IMG/VR virus record: IMGVR_UViG_3300031456_000002
Coordinates: 1-64,000 of that record
DNA: 64,000 nucleotides
From: a virus
Direction: 5' to 3' (one strand)
The translations under genes were made by a program, and so were the position numbers. The notes beneath the pieces were generated by a model. That model did no database searches and was not told the DNA's origin. It worked only from the letters and a program-made list of their open reading frames with translations. Positions 8,157 to 19,900 of this stretch are shown piece after piece (positions within the stretch are counted from its first letter, which is position 1; each line of letters begins with the position of its first letter).

Positions 8157-8660
8157 ACCCGACTACCCAATTAAACGATATTCTAAACAATAGAGCCCAG
8201 CGATTACGCATACCCACAGATTCAAATCGGCAACCAATTGACTATCTGCGCATTAAGGAAGGGCCCGCACGCCTCATTAAAAGCCCATCATCCAACCCAA
8301 ATTAAAAACCTACCAGAACTCCAAGCAAGAAAGCAAAACCCAACCAGCTCAATGCAATCACGCAGAAGCAGCATGGTTGTTCCCTTGATTAGCACCCCAC
8401 CCGTTTGGGACGGTACCGTCGCGATTGGTGAACTCAAAGTATTTACCCGGGTACCCTCGATTTTGTTTTTGCCTGCTGATTATTAATATGTTGCGCCTGG
8501 TATGCGGGCAAATGGGTTGATGTATTAACTGTTTTGCCTTGTTGATAGCCAATTGATTACCATGCTATTGATGCCCTTGTGTTGTTGATATACGCTATTG
8601 GGGTTAATGGGCGCTATTGGATGATGGGTTGTATAGGCTGTTGCAGGGATAGGGGGGGGT
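8157..8660. other. non-coding strand-skew switch with palindromes (candidate genome-end junction, packaging site or origin)
   Basis: The left half is C/A-rich and the right half G/T-rich. It contains GACGGTACCGTC (8409-8420), GGGTACCC (8449-8456), a 12-bp inverted repeat at 8284-8295/8617-8628 and a G8 run. Confidence 0.45.
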
Positions 8661-8682
8661 GAATCAATTCGTTGCGAATATT

Positions 8683-8843
8683 TTAGTTATTTTATCTTAT
8701 TTATTTGTTAGTTCGTTTAGTTGCCCGTACCTTAGTCGTGGGAACTAAACCGACACGAAAGCAAGTTAGTTGTGTGTTAGTTTTTAGTTCCAGAACTAAC
8801 TTTTAAACTAAAAAACGAATGGAAGAACTAATCATAGAACTAA
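8683..8843 (+). promoter_or_regulatory. promoter TTTG-N20-TACCTTAG embedded in 11 TTAGTT/AACTAA repeats
   Basis: TTTG at 8704-8707 and TACCTTAG at 8728-8735. An inverted pair TTAGTTC-CA-GAACTAA lies at 8784-8799. Confidence 0.55.
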
Positions 8844-10054
8844 GGAAGGTTGTTGACGCTGGAACCAAGAAAAGCGAATTAGAAGAAAGTATCGGATTGC
8901 CCAAAAATAGCTTATCGGCGGTTTTGAGTGGCTCGAAGGATATGCCAGAAAGTTGGATTGCTAAAATTCAGTCGTTCCTGCAAAAGCCAATAGCTGAAGT
9001 CCCATTGGATAAAGAATCTTCCAAGCAAATGGTGGTTACAGATTCGGGTGCTTTGAATTTAGCCCCATCAAAAGAAGCTCTCCAAAGAGGTAAAGAAGCT
9101 ATGGATAAGATCAATAAGGATTTTGGCGAAGGCTCAATAATGCGACTGGGGGATAAGCCTATGGGGAATATTGGGTTTGTGCCTACGGGGTCATTAGGGC
9201 TTGATTACGCCCTCGGGGTCGGCGGCCTTCCTCGTGGTCGAATTACTGAAATTTATGGCCCTGAAAGCTCAGGGAAGACAACCGTCGCGCTTCACGTAAT
9301 TGCTGAGGCGCAAAAAAGAGGCGGCAACTGTGCTTTCATTGACATTGAACACGCTTTTGATGAAACTTATGCCAAAGCGATTGGGGTTAATATTGAAGAA
9401 TTGCATCTTTCGCAACCAGATTATGGAGAACAGGCTTTAGAAGAGGCTGATCGATTGATCACTTCCGGGGCCTTTAGTGTTGTGGTGATTGATTCGGTCG
9501 CCGCCCTTGTGCCTAAAGCTGAATTAGAGGGCGAAATGGGCGATAGTAAAATGGGGTTGCAGGCACGCCTTATGTCACAAGCATGCCGAAAATTGACGGG
9601 AACCATATCTAAAACAAGTACTATTTGCATATTTATCAACCAATTACGGTCTACAATTGGTAATCCATATCAACCGCAAGAAATTACAACCGGGGGGAAT
9701 GCGCTTAAGTTTTATGCATCTGTTCGTTTAGATGTTAGAAAAATAGCTCAGTTAAAGGACGGAGACGAAGCGTATGGGAATAGGGTTCGAGTGAAAGTAG
9801 TAAAAAACAAGGTTGCGCCGCCATTTAAAAACTGTGAGTATGACATAGTTTTCGGAGAGGGGATTGATAAAATCGGGGAACTTGTGGAAATCGCAGCCAA
9901 TCTGAATGTTATCAAAAAAGCTGGCGCGTGGTATAGTTATAATGATGCAAAACTTGGGCAAGGAAAAGAGGCCGCGAAACAACTCTTAAAAGATAATGTG
10001 GCTCTTTTAGAAGAAATCCAAAAATTAACTAAAGACAAGCTAAATGAACGATAA
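8819..10054 (+). CDS. recA: RecA recombinase with fused N-terminal XRE-like HTH domain
   Basis: Walker [33 protein letters not shown] and [11 protein letters not shown]. The N-terminal [22 protein letters not shown] is HTH-like. Confidence 0.95.
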   Translation: MEELIIELRKVVDAGTKKSELEESIGLPKNSLSAVLSGSKDMPESWIAKIQSFLQKPIAEVPLDKESSKQMVVTDSGALNLAPSKEALQRGKEAMDKINKDFGEGSIMRLGDKPMGNIGFVPTGSLGLDYALGVGGLPRGRITEIYGPESSGKTTVALHVIAEAQKRGGNCAFIDIEHAFDETYAKAIGVNIEELHLSQPDYGEQALEEADRLITSGAFSVVVIDSVAALVPKAELEGEMGDSKMGLQARLMSQACRKLTGTISKTSTICIFINQLRSTIGNPYQPQEITTGGNALKFYASVRLDVRKIAQLKDGDEAYGNRVRVKVVKNKVAPPFKNCEYDIVFGEGIDKIGELVEIAANLNVIKKAGAWYSYNDAKLGQGKEAAKQLLKDNVALLEEIQKLTKDKLNER

Positions 10055-10222
10055 AAAAGATGAAAGGATAAAGGAGCTGGAAGATTTTGTCCGGCTCCTT
10101 ATTAAAAGATGCCCACTTCCTAGCCCTTTTTATGAAGCAGCTAGGGCATTAAATGTTGTTATTTACCCAGATAAAATAACAAATAAGACAGAGGATGGTA
10201 TTTAACCTTAATAATTAATTAT

Positions 10223-10762
10223 ATGACAACAGATCAAAAAGCACTTTCTTGGGCGATTAATAAGCACAAAGAAACCAATCACTTGTACGATGGAAAACCA
10301 TATGAAGTACACCTTTGGCAAGTAGTAGATGTTGCAAAAATGTTCATTCACTGCATTAGAGAAGAAGATATAGAGCTTGTTTATGCCGTATGTTGGCTTC
10401 ATGACACAATTGAAGATTGTAGAGTAACATATAACGATGTAAAGCAAGAATTTGGCATTGAAATAGCCGAAGGGGTCTATGCCTTAACAAATGAAAAGGG
10501 TCGGAACAGAAAAGAACGCGCTAATGGGAAATACTACGAAGGCATAAGAAACACCAATGTGGCAGCATTTGTTAAAATATGCGATAGGATCGCGAATGTT
10601 AAATATTCTTTTGAATCTGGTAGCTCCATGTTAAAGAAATATTTTGATGAAAACGAGTGGTTTATGCTTCAGGTTGATTCAGAAAAGAAGTATTTAACAA
10701 TGTGGGCTTATCTGCAATCATTTCTGAAGATTATAGACAGCCCAGAACACAACAAACAATAA
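10223..10762 (+). CDS. HD-domain small alarmone hydrolase-like protein (SpoT/Mesh1 hydrolase fold)
   Basis: H...Y..KPYEVHL, WLHDTIED, VYALT and VKICDRIAN motifs. Confidence 0.85.
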   Translation: MTTDQKALSWAINKHKETNHLYDGKPYEVHLWQVVDVAKMFIHCIREEDIELVYAVCWLHDTIEDCRVTYNDVKQEFGIEIAEGVYALTNEKGRNRKERANGKYYEGIRNTNVAAFVKICDRIANVKYSFESGSSMLKKYFDENEWFMLQVDSEKKYLTMWAYLQSFLKIIDSPEHNKQ

Positions 10763-11810
10763 ATCAATTAATAATGCCTTATAACATACATCCAAAAACA
10801 AATAGATGCATCCTATTCCTTCAGTTCGTAATGGAAAATTATTCATGGAGCGAAGGCGGTCAAGAATGGACGGATAAAGAGGGGCGAAATGTGTATTCGA
10901 TTGAAGACATGTATAGAGCGTTTAATAAATCCAAATCTCGTCACACAAGTTAACTTATAAAACTACGAACAATCAAAAACAACTAAATGATTATATTATG
11001 AGTAGGCAAATATCTAACGAGCAGGAATTTAAAGATAATCTTGAAAAACTGAGTAACTTATATGAGCGTGGTAAAGACCTTACCGTTAATTTACTTCCTC
11101 TGAATGCTACTAAGGCGCAATGGGCTGCATTCCATGAACTACGCGGAATATTACAAGAAATGGTTAGCTTATCAGCAGTCCAGATGCAGCACAAGCATTG
11201 GATTAATACTAACTAAGAAACCATAACATTATTCACAGCAGTAAAACAATTACATGAAACGCCCATATACAGAAAGAGAGCAGTGGTTAATTGATAGAAT
11301 AGGGAAGGTGGTTTTCAGAAATAAAACATCATGTTCATGTGAGGTATGCGCTTATGTTTTCGAAAATGGGCTGCTTGTACATGACGAATATCATGCACTC
11401 TATATGGCAGAAATGGAAGAATGCTATACAGAAGATGGGCAGCCGATGAGATATTTTGACACAAAAGAAGAAACGATTGCATTCTTAATATAATTAAAAT
11501 ATAATGGAAACTAATTGTTCAGCCTGTATTCACTGGAAGCAAAAAAATGATTTATCCAATCAGATACAATGTGTAAATGATATTATGCTGACAACTAATC
11601 GTGGTGTATGTACTAATAAGGCAATGAATGATTCTGTCAACCTATATGTAAACAACAGGGAATACCAAAATTCAGCCATAGATTTTGATACAAATTACTG
11701 GCCAGCTTCATGGGATGGACAAAAAAGAGGAACGCCATCAGAATTATTTATGTGGGAAACAACAGAGGATTTTGGATGTATATTATTCACAGTTAAAAGG
11801 TAAATAATAA

Positions 11811-12173
11811 ATGATTAACGCTAGGAAATTAATGCCGAACAATTTAATCTATAAGGATTTAAATGTAATGTATGTTAATAATATAAATCTTTATGGAGAC
11901 CATGGCAAACCAACAATAAATGGATGGGATGAGGAAGATTTTGAACCTATTGAATTGACCCCAGAATGGCTTATTAAACTAGGATTTGAGCGCCTATTCA
12001 GCCTCCGTTGGCATCATCCGGAAGGGGTTGATATTGAGAAGATAAAAAATTCCGGATATCATTTGCTTTGTGAAGATCAATCAAATTGGTCAAGAGGGTA
12101 TAAATATGTTCATGAAGTTCAAAACCTTTTCGAAATATTAACCGGAGAAGAACTAATTATTAAAACGTCTTAA
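11811..12173 (+). CDS. conserved phage protein (YopX-like; PIELTPEWL...YVHEVQNL)
   Basis: EPIELTPEWLIKLGF and KYVHEVQNLFEILTGEEL are motifs common in Bacteroidota phages. Confidence 0.55.
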   Translation: MINARKLMPNNLIYKDLNVMYVNNINLYGDHGKPTINGWDEEDFEPIELTPEWLIKLGFERLFSLRWHHPEGVDIEKIKNSGYHLLCEDQSNWSRGYKYVHEVQNLFEILTGEELIIKTS

Positions 12174-13208
12174 TATGGAAGATGACTTTAGGAAAAACTT
12201 CGGGATGATAATCCCTTTGGAACCGGTGTCTATGGAAATAAAGGCCGATCCCAATGGCGTTCCGGTATATGCGAAATGCCCTTTCGATAGTTGGTGTGCA
12301 TGTACTGGCGCGTGTAGAAAGATACTTGGCTATGATACTGATCCAGATAAAGTAAAAGCCTACCTTGAAGATATTGAGCGTAGGAACCAACTATTAAAAG
12401 AACGGCTATCTTCCTTTAGAGGCACTACAACTAAGGTGTCAGACGATGGCAAAACAAAAATATATTCATGGGAAAGAACAGACCCTAAATCATTATAATT
12501 ATGTGGCCATTTAAAAAGAAAGAAAATAAATGGAAGCCTAAAACGGATTTTGAATATTTCTTACTAGGTGTGGCACATGGCGGGGAACTGCGAAAGAAAA
12601 TAGGCAAGCCGCCAGTTTATACCCCATCTAAAATCATTCAACCAAAGTAATTAAATGGAACAAAATAAAGAATTAGAAAAGATATTCTCTGAATTGCTTG
12701 ATGAAAGAAACAAATTCTGGGTGGGTCAGATGAAGAGAGAGACCCTTCTAAGACTTAGTATAGGACAAATGACAGAAACTTTTATTCTTACTAAACTAGC
12801 AGAATATGAATTAAGGTTAAGAAACCTAGAAAACGGCAAAAGCAGAGCAGATGCCTATTTAAATTTACATACACCATTGATGTAATTAACTCCATTCACA
12901 TGAAAAAAGCAAAGGACAAAGACGAAGCATGGAAGATTCAGGAAACCTATGAAGGCCAACCACATGGCTGGATTCAATGGAAAGGAACAGATGTTTGCAT
13001 GGATGTTTACTGCAAATGCGGGGATCAATTTCACATTGATACTGAGTTTGCTTACCACGTAAAATGCCTCACGTGTGGCACTATTTATATGTGCAATGGG
13101 CATATTGAATTGATTGAATTGGAGCAGGAGCCTGATAGTTGTGTAAAAACAGCAGATGATTAATGTAAATGATAACTAACCACCCAATAAAAGAATAGGA
13201 GGTAAAAT

Positions 13209-13487
13209 ATGAAAATAATCGTAAGTAGTTCAGCTTTGTTACGGTATCTGTGTAATATCCAAGAGTTTCTAAAAGGTGATGCGAAAATTAGAATTGATCC
13301 AGATACTAAAGAACTGCAAATAGATGGATTCAAGGGACTTGAGGTAGAATATAAAGGGGATGATGAACGTAACATATCAGTACAGAAATTAATCGATCTC
13401 AAGAATGTTCTTATGAGAATTACCGATCAGCCGCTGACAATAAAATTTGATTATTTTAATATAGAAATTCAACATATCACCATATGA
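13209..13487 (+). CDS. single-domain DNA polymerase III beta-clamp (DnaN domain I)-like protein
   Basis: MKIIVSSSALLRYL...LEVE...DQPLTIKFD..NIEI resembles the Bacteroidota DnaN N-terminal domain (MKFIVSS..LL..L...EQPLTF). Confidence 0.55.
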   Translation: MKIIVSSSALLRYLCNIQEFLKGDAKIRIDPDTKELQIDGFKGLEVEYKGDDERNISVQKLIDLKNVLMRITDQPLTIKFDYFNIEIQHITI

Positions 13488-14609
13488 ATCTTGTAATCGA
13501 TTGTCTTAAGAAGGAATTAGAGCGGCAGAATCTGCTTATAGCGTCTAATGAAAGATGTAAAAAGCACATGGAAGATAACCCGATGTTTAAGTATGAAAAA
13601 CCGTTATTAGAAGAGGCTTATCCCAAAATGGAGCAATTCAGGGATGAATTAGTAAAAGCTATACGTATTTTAGAATTAAAAAGATGGAATAAACCATAAA
13701 ATAATACACATGAAATGGTATCACAAGGCCTTTCTTCCTATTCTGGTAATGATATTATTGATTAAGGAACTAAACCAACAACAATGAGTAATGAACTAAG
13801 TCAATTCGAAGCAAGAGCATATAAAAGGCTGTATGAAATGTACAAATCAACTTTATTGGCTATAATCAACAAGGCAAGAGTCTCGGTAGAATATAAACTT
13901 AACAACCAAGAAGAAATGAATCAGGCCATGCAATATATAGCCGATGAGCATAAGTGGGAGCATTGTGGCATTGAGAGCAAGACCGATGGTAAAATTATTG
14001 ATGAACTTGAAAAGTGTTTAGGAGTATGACAATGAGCAATGAACCCACAAGGCGTGACTATTTAAAACACTTAGGCTTTGCTACAGCGCAAGCGATTTCC
14101 GCAAATAAAATAAAACCAATGACACTACCGAAGGAAATAAGTGACCGGATAAATGCTGAAGCCAAAAAGGCTGCGATGATAATCGAATACGGAGAATACG
14201 AACCGGGCCCCAGTAATTCAGCAAGGATGCAACAAACATCCAGAATTGATCCAATTCAAAAAGAGTTTTATGTCAAAGGCGCTATCGAATGGGCGGGTAA
14301 GGCGCAGGGGCTGGTTGATGCGCTTGAATGGATTAAAACTTATGGCCCTATAGATGCACTGACGGTGAAGTTTATTGATAAAGCTCTTGCTGACTATGCA
14401 GGTGAAAAGGAGGGTGCGGATGGATAAAAGGATTAAACATGGCAGAACCAGGCCGAAATTTAATAGTAAGCGTTGGTGGCAATATTATAAGGATGGAAAT
14501 GTCGGATGCGGTAAATGTGCCATCTGCGGAGTAGTGCTACTGAATCCTATGTCTATAATGGAGCATGCCGGTAGAGTATGCGAAAGGAAAACCACTAAAC
14601 AGTTAAAAG

Positions 14610-15113
14610 ATGAATAACCTATTCGATATAAAAGAATCCAGCGGTGCCGATTTCAGTGAATGCGGGAAGTATCGGTATGTCCTATGGCGTTTATGGGATA
14701 AGGAATTACCTAAAGTTATGTTCATCGGCCTTAATCCCTCTACTGCTAATGAAACAACTGATGATGCTACAATACGTAGAGTAAAATCTATAGCTAAAAA
14801 CTTAGGGTACGGAGGCGTTTATATGACCAATTGCTTTGCTTATATCAGCACCGATCCCAAATTGTTGAAAATAAACCCAATGTCCAAAGAGTGGAATGAC
14901 AACGTTCTAGCTATAACAGCTTCGAAGTGCGCGGATGTTATTTTTGCTTGGGGAAATTTCGATATAGTAAAATCAACCGGTAGAGATTTAGAATTAATTG
15001 AAATGTTTCCACGAGCAAAAGCGCTTCATATCAATAAGAATGGGTCACCTAAGCACCCGCTGTATGTGTCGGGCAATGTGGTATCGGTAGTTTTTAACCC
15101 ACTCAAACAATAA
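14610..15113 (+). CDS. DUF1643 family protein
   Basis: FSECGKYRYVLWRLWD, FIGLNPSTA...DDATIRR, FAWG and GSPKHPLY. Confidence 0.85.
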   Translation: MNNLFDIKESSGADFSECGKYRYVLWRLWDKELPKVMFIGLNPSTANETTDDATIRRVKSIAKNLGYGGVYMTNCFAYISTDPKLLKINPMSKEWNDNVLAITASKCADVIFAWGNFDIVKSTGRDLELIEMFPRAKALHINKNGSPKHPLYVSGNVVSVVFNPLKQ

Positions 15114-15381
15114 ACATGGTATTATCACCCGAACTTATTGAACATGCAAAAAAAGGAAGTTGACATTAAGCAATACTTTTTGCCATCTGAAACTTGCATC
15201 CCAAAGCACCTTTTATTTAAAGAGTTTACGGAAGGGACGAAATGGGAGCGACTACCGAAGATTATCTTCTATATCCTAATGGATGAATTATCTGAAACCT
15301 CTATCGGAAAAGCCGCAAACGGCGACCTTGGATATTTTCTTGAACTAAAAAAACAATAAACATATAAAAGAAATACCCGAT

Positions 15382-15416
15382 AAAAAAAATAGGTAGCAAG
15401 TTGTATGCTACCTATC
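15382..15416 (-). terminator. intrinsic terminator between convergent genes
   Basis: ATAGGTAGCA/TGCTACCTAT hairpin with an A tract on the plus strand (U tract on the minus strand). Confidence 0.6.
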
Positions 15417-15487
15417 TCCCGAATTATAACCCTATAAAGATGTAGAAGTATAAGGATAAATTATTTCTTCATGCGTATATATTCGTT

Positions 15488-16218
15488 TTACCAGTTATTA
15501 TAGAATCTTAGTTTAGTTACTCCTTTAGGTAGTTTTGTTAGGTCTAATTCAAAACCTTCACTGGATTCGTCTGACCAGTTATTATAATGTTCGCCTTCCT
15601 TTAGTGCTACAGACAGCTTTTCATCCAATAAATATCTTTGTGGGAAATCGTCGCCAAAATATTCAGCCGTTTCTTTAGGAAGCGTTACTTCATTTTTAGC
15701 GCATACTTCCAGGATTTCCTTATGCTTTATATATTCTGAATCTGTATCAGGAATAAATGCTTCAATATGTGTTGACATTCCCATAGTTAATTATTTTAGT
15801 GGTTTAATATCAGTGACTTCTCTGGTTCTTACATCAAAGCGTCCGCAGTATTTTGCATTTCTTGTATTCCATCCTCTTTTTATGCCAAAACACCAATAGA
15901 TATGTGGATTGCTCTTGTTGGCTGGTATGATATCCGGACTTATAGCATCGCCTACAAACCAATTGAAGGTTTCTCCGGAATATTCCATAATATGATTTGC
16001 TGGTAGAATCATTTCTGTAGTTGTTTTAATTGTTCTTTATATTCTTGGATAGCGGCATTATGGTTTTCTATTTCATCTTTAATAGCAGTCTTATATTCTT
16101 CTGGGAAATCCTCATCCGCAAGCGCCGATTCATCTGTATAAATAATCAAGGCTCTTTCTGCTATTTTAGTTTCAAGCACAAGGATTTGTTCTTCCTTAGT
16201 TAATATTCTTTCTTTCAT
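15488..16218 (-). other. three small hypothetical genes (15488-15784, 15791-16012, 16009-16218)
   Basis: Abutting minus-strand ORFs. Confidence 0.6.
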
Positions 16219-16718
16219 TTTATATCAGTTTCGTTTTTTATGTATTGTAAAAGTATATCCGGGATATATTTTCGTTCTTTCGGTGCTATATCAGGGTACA
16301 TAGCAACAAACTTGTCTATTATCTCATTAAAGCAGTGTAATTCAATAATATCCAAGGTCTTGTTATCAAAATTAGTGTGGTGTGACTTATTCCAGAAGCA
16401 TAATTCTATCCAGTTTAAAGGATGGCATTTAACGGACTTGAATAAATTCTTTGGTAGAATATGAGCAATAGAGAACTTGAAATATTTGTCATTATTCCTA
16501 CAGGATGGATCGCCACAATGAGCGCACCATCCGGTCATTTCAATTCTTCTAGCTTCAAACCATCTATCCATTTCGCCGCCGCCAGCCAAACGAATTACTT
16601 TCTCTTCCTTTAGTTGTTCTTTCTTCTTAGCCGATACCTTGGGTATGCGGTATGGTGTCTTATTTTTTGGCAGTTTGGCTTCTGCTTTAATACGTCTAAT
16701 GTTATCTGCCGCATCCAT
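16215..16718 (-). CDS. HNH/Zn-finger nuclease (NinG/Ref-like recombination nuclease)
   Basis: CAHCG...AHILPK...NWIELC...HH and a basic N-terminus. Confidence 0.6.
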   Translation of the reverse strand: MDAADNIRRIKAEAKLPKNKTPYRIPKVSAKKKEQLKEEKVIRLAGGGEMDRWFEARRIEMTGWCAHCGDPSCRNNDKYFKFSIAHILPKNLFKSVKCHPLNWIELCFWNKSHHTNFDNKTLDIIELHCFNEIIDKFVAMYPDIAPKERKYIPDILLQYIKNETDIK

Positions 16719-16760
16719 GATTCAAAGTAAAGAAGAATTAAATTAATTTCAAAATTATTT

Positions 16761-16791
16761 TTTGATTTTAAAATAAACATTTCTACATTTG
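16761..16791 (+). promoter_or_regulatory. Bacteroidota sigma-A promoter
   Basis: TTTG(16761-16764)-N19-TACATTTG(16784-16791). Confidence 0.7.
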
Positions 16792-16795
16792 ATGA

Positions 16796-16963
16796 ATGGA
16801 AGCAAAAAAAGAGACACGTGGCAGAAAGCCATTAAAAGATAAAAAAGAGCTGGTCAGGGTTTATTTACGTCAGTCTGAAATTAAAAAGCTAGGCGGCACT
16901 AAAAAGGCAGCATCGAAACTACATACTCTCGCTATGCTTGAATTGATTAAAAATGAGGCATAA
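16796..16963 (+). CDS. 55-aa basic DNA-binding protein (not in the ORF track)
   Basis: MEAKKETRGRKPLKDKKELVRVYLRQSEIKKLGG...; an RGRKP hook followed by an RHH-like strand. Confidence 0.6.
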   Translation: MEAKKETRGRKPLKDKKELVRVYLRQSEIKKLGGTKKAASKLHTLAMLELIKNEA

Positions 16964-19900
16964 TGGTAAAGCCACCGACTAAATGGAAGTATATAACCAT
17001 TGAATTAGAAATTGACGGGGTGATAGTGTCTTATAAAGTGGCCTCCCATGTAACGTTTGATAAGATGTACCAAAATATACTCTATGAAGGACAAACACAA
17101 AGACTCCCATGGGCTATTTTTATATTGAGATCGTATTATAGAAAGCCACGGATAATAAACAGCGGGTTCTGGCAGGATAGGGATAGAAATGGCAGATTCA
17201 TGAAAGTAAAATATTCTGAAAAAATTTAACCCCATTCCCATGCGCAAAATGAAAGACCTAGACCTATTATCCATTGAACAGGTAATTAGATTGCCTTTCT
17301 TTTATTCATTGGAAAAAGATGGGAACAGAACGAAGATGTGGAAGATAACATTTAGATGCAATAAAGCGCTTTCTGATGGTAGATGGCAATTACTCGATGA
17401 AATATCCAATAACGAATACATAGTAAGATATAAAATCATTGACTTTAATAACTAATACTTTTTATGGCTATATTAAGCTGGGAGCAAATTGATCATGGAA
17501 TGGGCTTTCAAATGCAACGAACTAAAATATTTGGTGGGTGGCTTGTAACTACTATAGATGAAGTCAGAAGCCCTATTTATACTGGGTACAACCAGCCGGA
17601 GTACAAAGAAGGTTACGAATGGCGTACATCAATTACATATGTCCACGATCCAAACCATGATTGGAAGCTAGATTAATAACAACCTATAAATAGTAATACT
17701 ATGCCAGAACAAGATATAAAAGAGGTTATGGTCAATAATGAATTGATTGGAAGATGGATGGGGGGTAAGCCGGAAATAGAATATTGTGTAGGTAATGATA
17801 CAGGTTCATGTTTTCATCCTAAGCATTGCGGGACTAGTTGGCCCCCGAAACAAAAGCAAGAATGCGAAAAATGGCTATCGCAATCAGAATGGGCTAAGAG
17901 GGAAGGATATGAAGTTAAAAAAGAAGAATGGTGGCCCTGGTATAATCAGGATTGGAATAAACTAATGGAAGCATGGTACAAATTCAGGGAGTTAAAATTT
18001 GATAAAGAAATAGATCAATTCCATCATAGCGGTTTAAAAGGACTTATCTCACATGCAATATGTTATAAGGATATACAGATCGCATACGATGAAATCTGCA
18101 AAGCAATTAAATGGTATAACTCAATAAATAAATAATACTATGCTAGAATATAAAATTCAAACTAATCAAAGAGGATTCCAATTTGCCGAATTTGTAGATA
18201 GTTATGGCCATCAATGTAGTATTCAGAAATCATCGGCAGCAACGAGAGATTGTATTTGGTTTGGGATTGACAACCCCAAATTAACAATATTCGAAAATGA
18301 CAGCAAGGGTAAATATATCACAACAGAAATGCCTAAAAACTTCGAAGTGGATAGCAGAATGCACTTGACAGTTGATCAGGTTAAATTATTGCTTCCTATT
18401 TTACAGCATTTCGTAGAAACTGGCGAAATGGTATAACTCTAAACAATTAAATAAATGAACTGGATAATAAATAACGAAAGGGGACCAGAAAAAGATGGAT
18501 TTTATTTTACGGAGGATTCGGATGGCTTAAAACGCCTAACTAATTTTATAGGAAACCATTGGCATTCAACTACCGGCAATCCCGTGGCAAGATGGGTGGA
18601 TGAAGAATCTCCTTCCTTTAGTTTAGAAGATATGAAAGCAGTTTGGGATAGCTGTAGTAAACAATGGGAGGATAGATCGGATCGCTGCATCCCGGAAAGT
18701 TTGTTTTCAAAATTCATGAAGGATAAACATAAAATTGACATTAACTAAATAAAGATACTATGCCTAAAAAGAAAATAGTAGTCTATATCCCGGTTCATAT
18801 TGAGTGGGAAACAGAAAAACAAAAGAAATCCCTTATACGTGATCTTGCTGATAAAGGATTTGGTAGATATGGTGGTGGATATAGTTACGAGAAAAAGAAA
18901 TGCAGAATAAAAGATATTAAAATTGAACCTAAATAATGAACTATGAGTGAAGAAAAGATATATGAACTACGTGCCGATGTATGGACTCCCGCGATATTTT
19001 GTAAAGCTGGCACAAAGAATACTGAAAAGGGATGGATAAAAACATTTGGGGAATTTAATATTCAATGGGCAAGCGAATGGTTCATTGATTTATCAATACA
19101 ATAAGAACCAGAAAACATAGATGAATTACGAGAACTTGTAAATAAAGTATTCGAACGAAAGAAATTGCATTCCCTGACGTATAAAGATGCGGCGCAAGAG
19201 GTCGCCAAATTATGGTTAAAACAAAATCAATCCAAATGAGCAAAGAAAGATGGGAAAGCACCGATGTGTTCATTGCAACCTGTAACGCCTTTAGCGCACT
19301 AGATGAAGGAAAGAAGGAGTTGGGTCATAAACATAGGCTTGACCCTTCCCTTGAAGACATTAATACGCTACAGGACTTGCTTATTATGCAGGGTTATTCA
19401 ATTCAAAAGATAAAATAATGAATGCTACTACAGCAATAGGACTAGCCTTTCTGCGAGGCGATGTTCTTACAATTAAGACAGCTTTCAGAGACTACGGGGT
19501 AAGTAATCTGCCCAGGGAGGCGAGCAGATGCATTGAAAAAAAATTCGGACTGAAGCTGGCAAAAGTTAAGAAAACTGGTAAAAGCAGATTCGGTATTCCC
19601 TGTTATTGGAATGAATACCGTTTACCGGATACTTTATACAACAAACCAGGCCGTGCCAAATTAATCGACTACTGTCAGAAGCATATAGGATCTATGACCA
19701 CTTGCAAAACAGAAAAGGAACGTACGGTATTTGTTCAGCAATCTCTATTTCTTGAAACATTATAAGTAAATTTATTATGATTATACAAAGGGATTTAAAC
19801 GACTTAACTAAAGAAGAATTTGACCAAGTCCCGCTGGTTGAATGGCGGGATAATGTAACAGATTTTGATTCATTGATTATTGTCCCGACTGATCAAATTC

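Larger units (their letters stand above)
10774..14617 (+). other. array of small hypothetical genes (several Cys-rich, Zn-finger-like)
   Basis: About 12 closely packed plus-strand ORFs of 59-137 aa. Confidence 0.65.

Noticed and set aside
8238-8552. ORFs 8238-8486(+) and 8358-8552(-)
   Set aside because: Non-ATG starts and atypical composition; they overlap the skewed, palindromic non-coding region.
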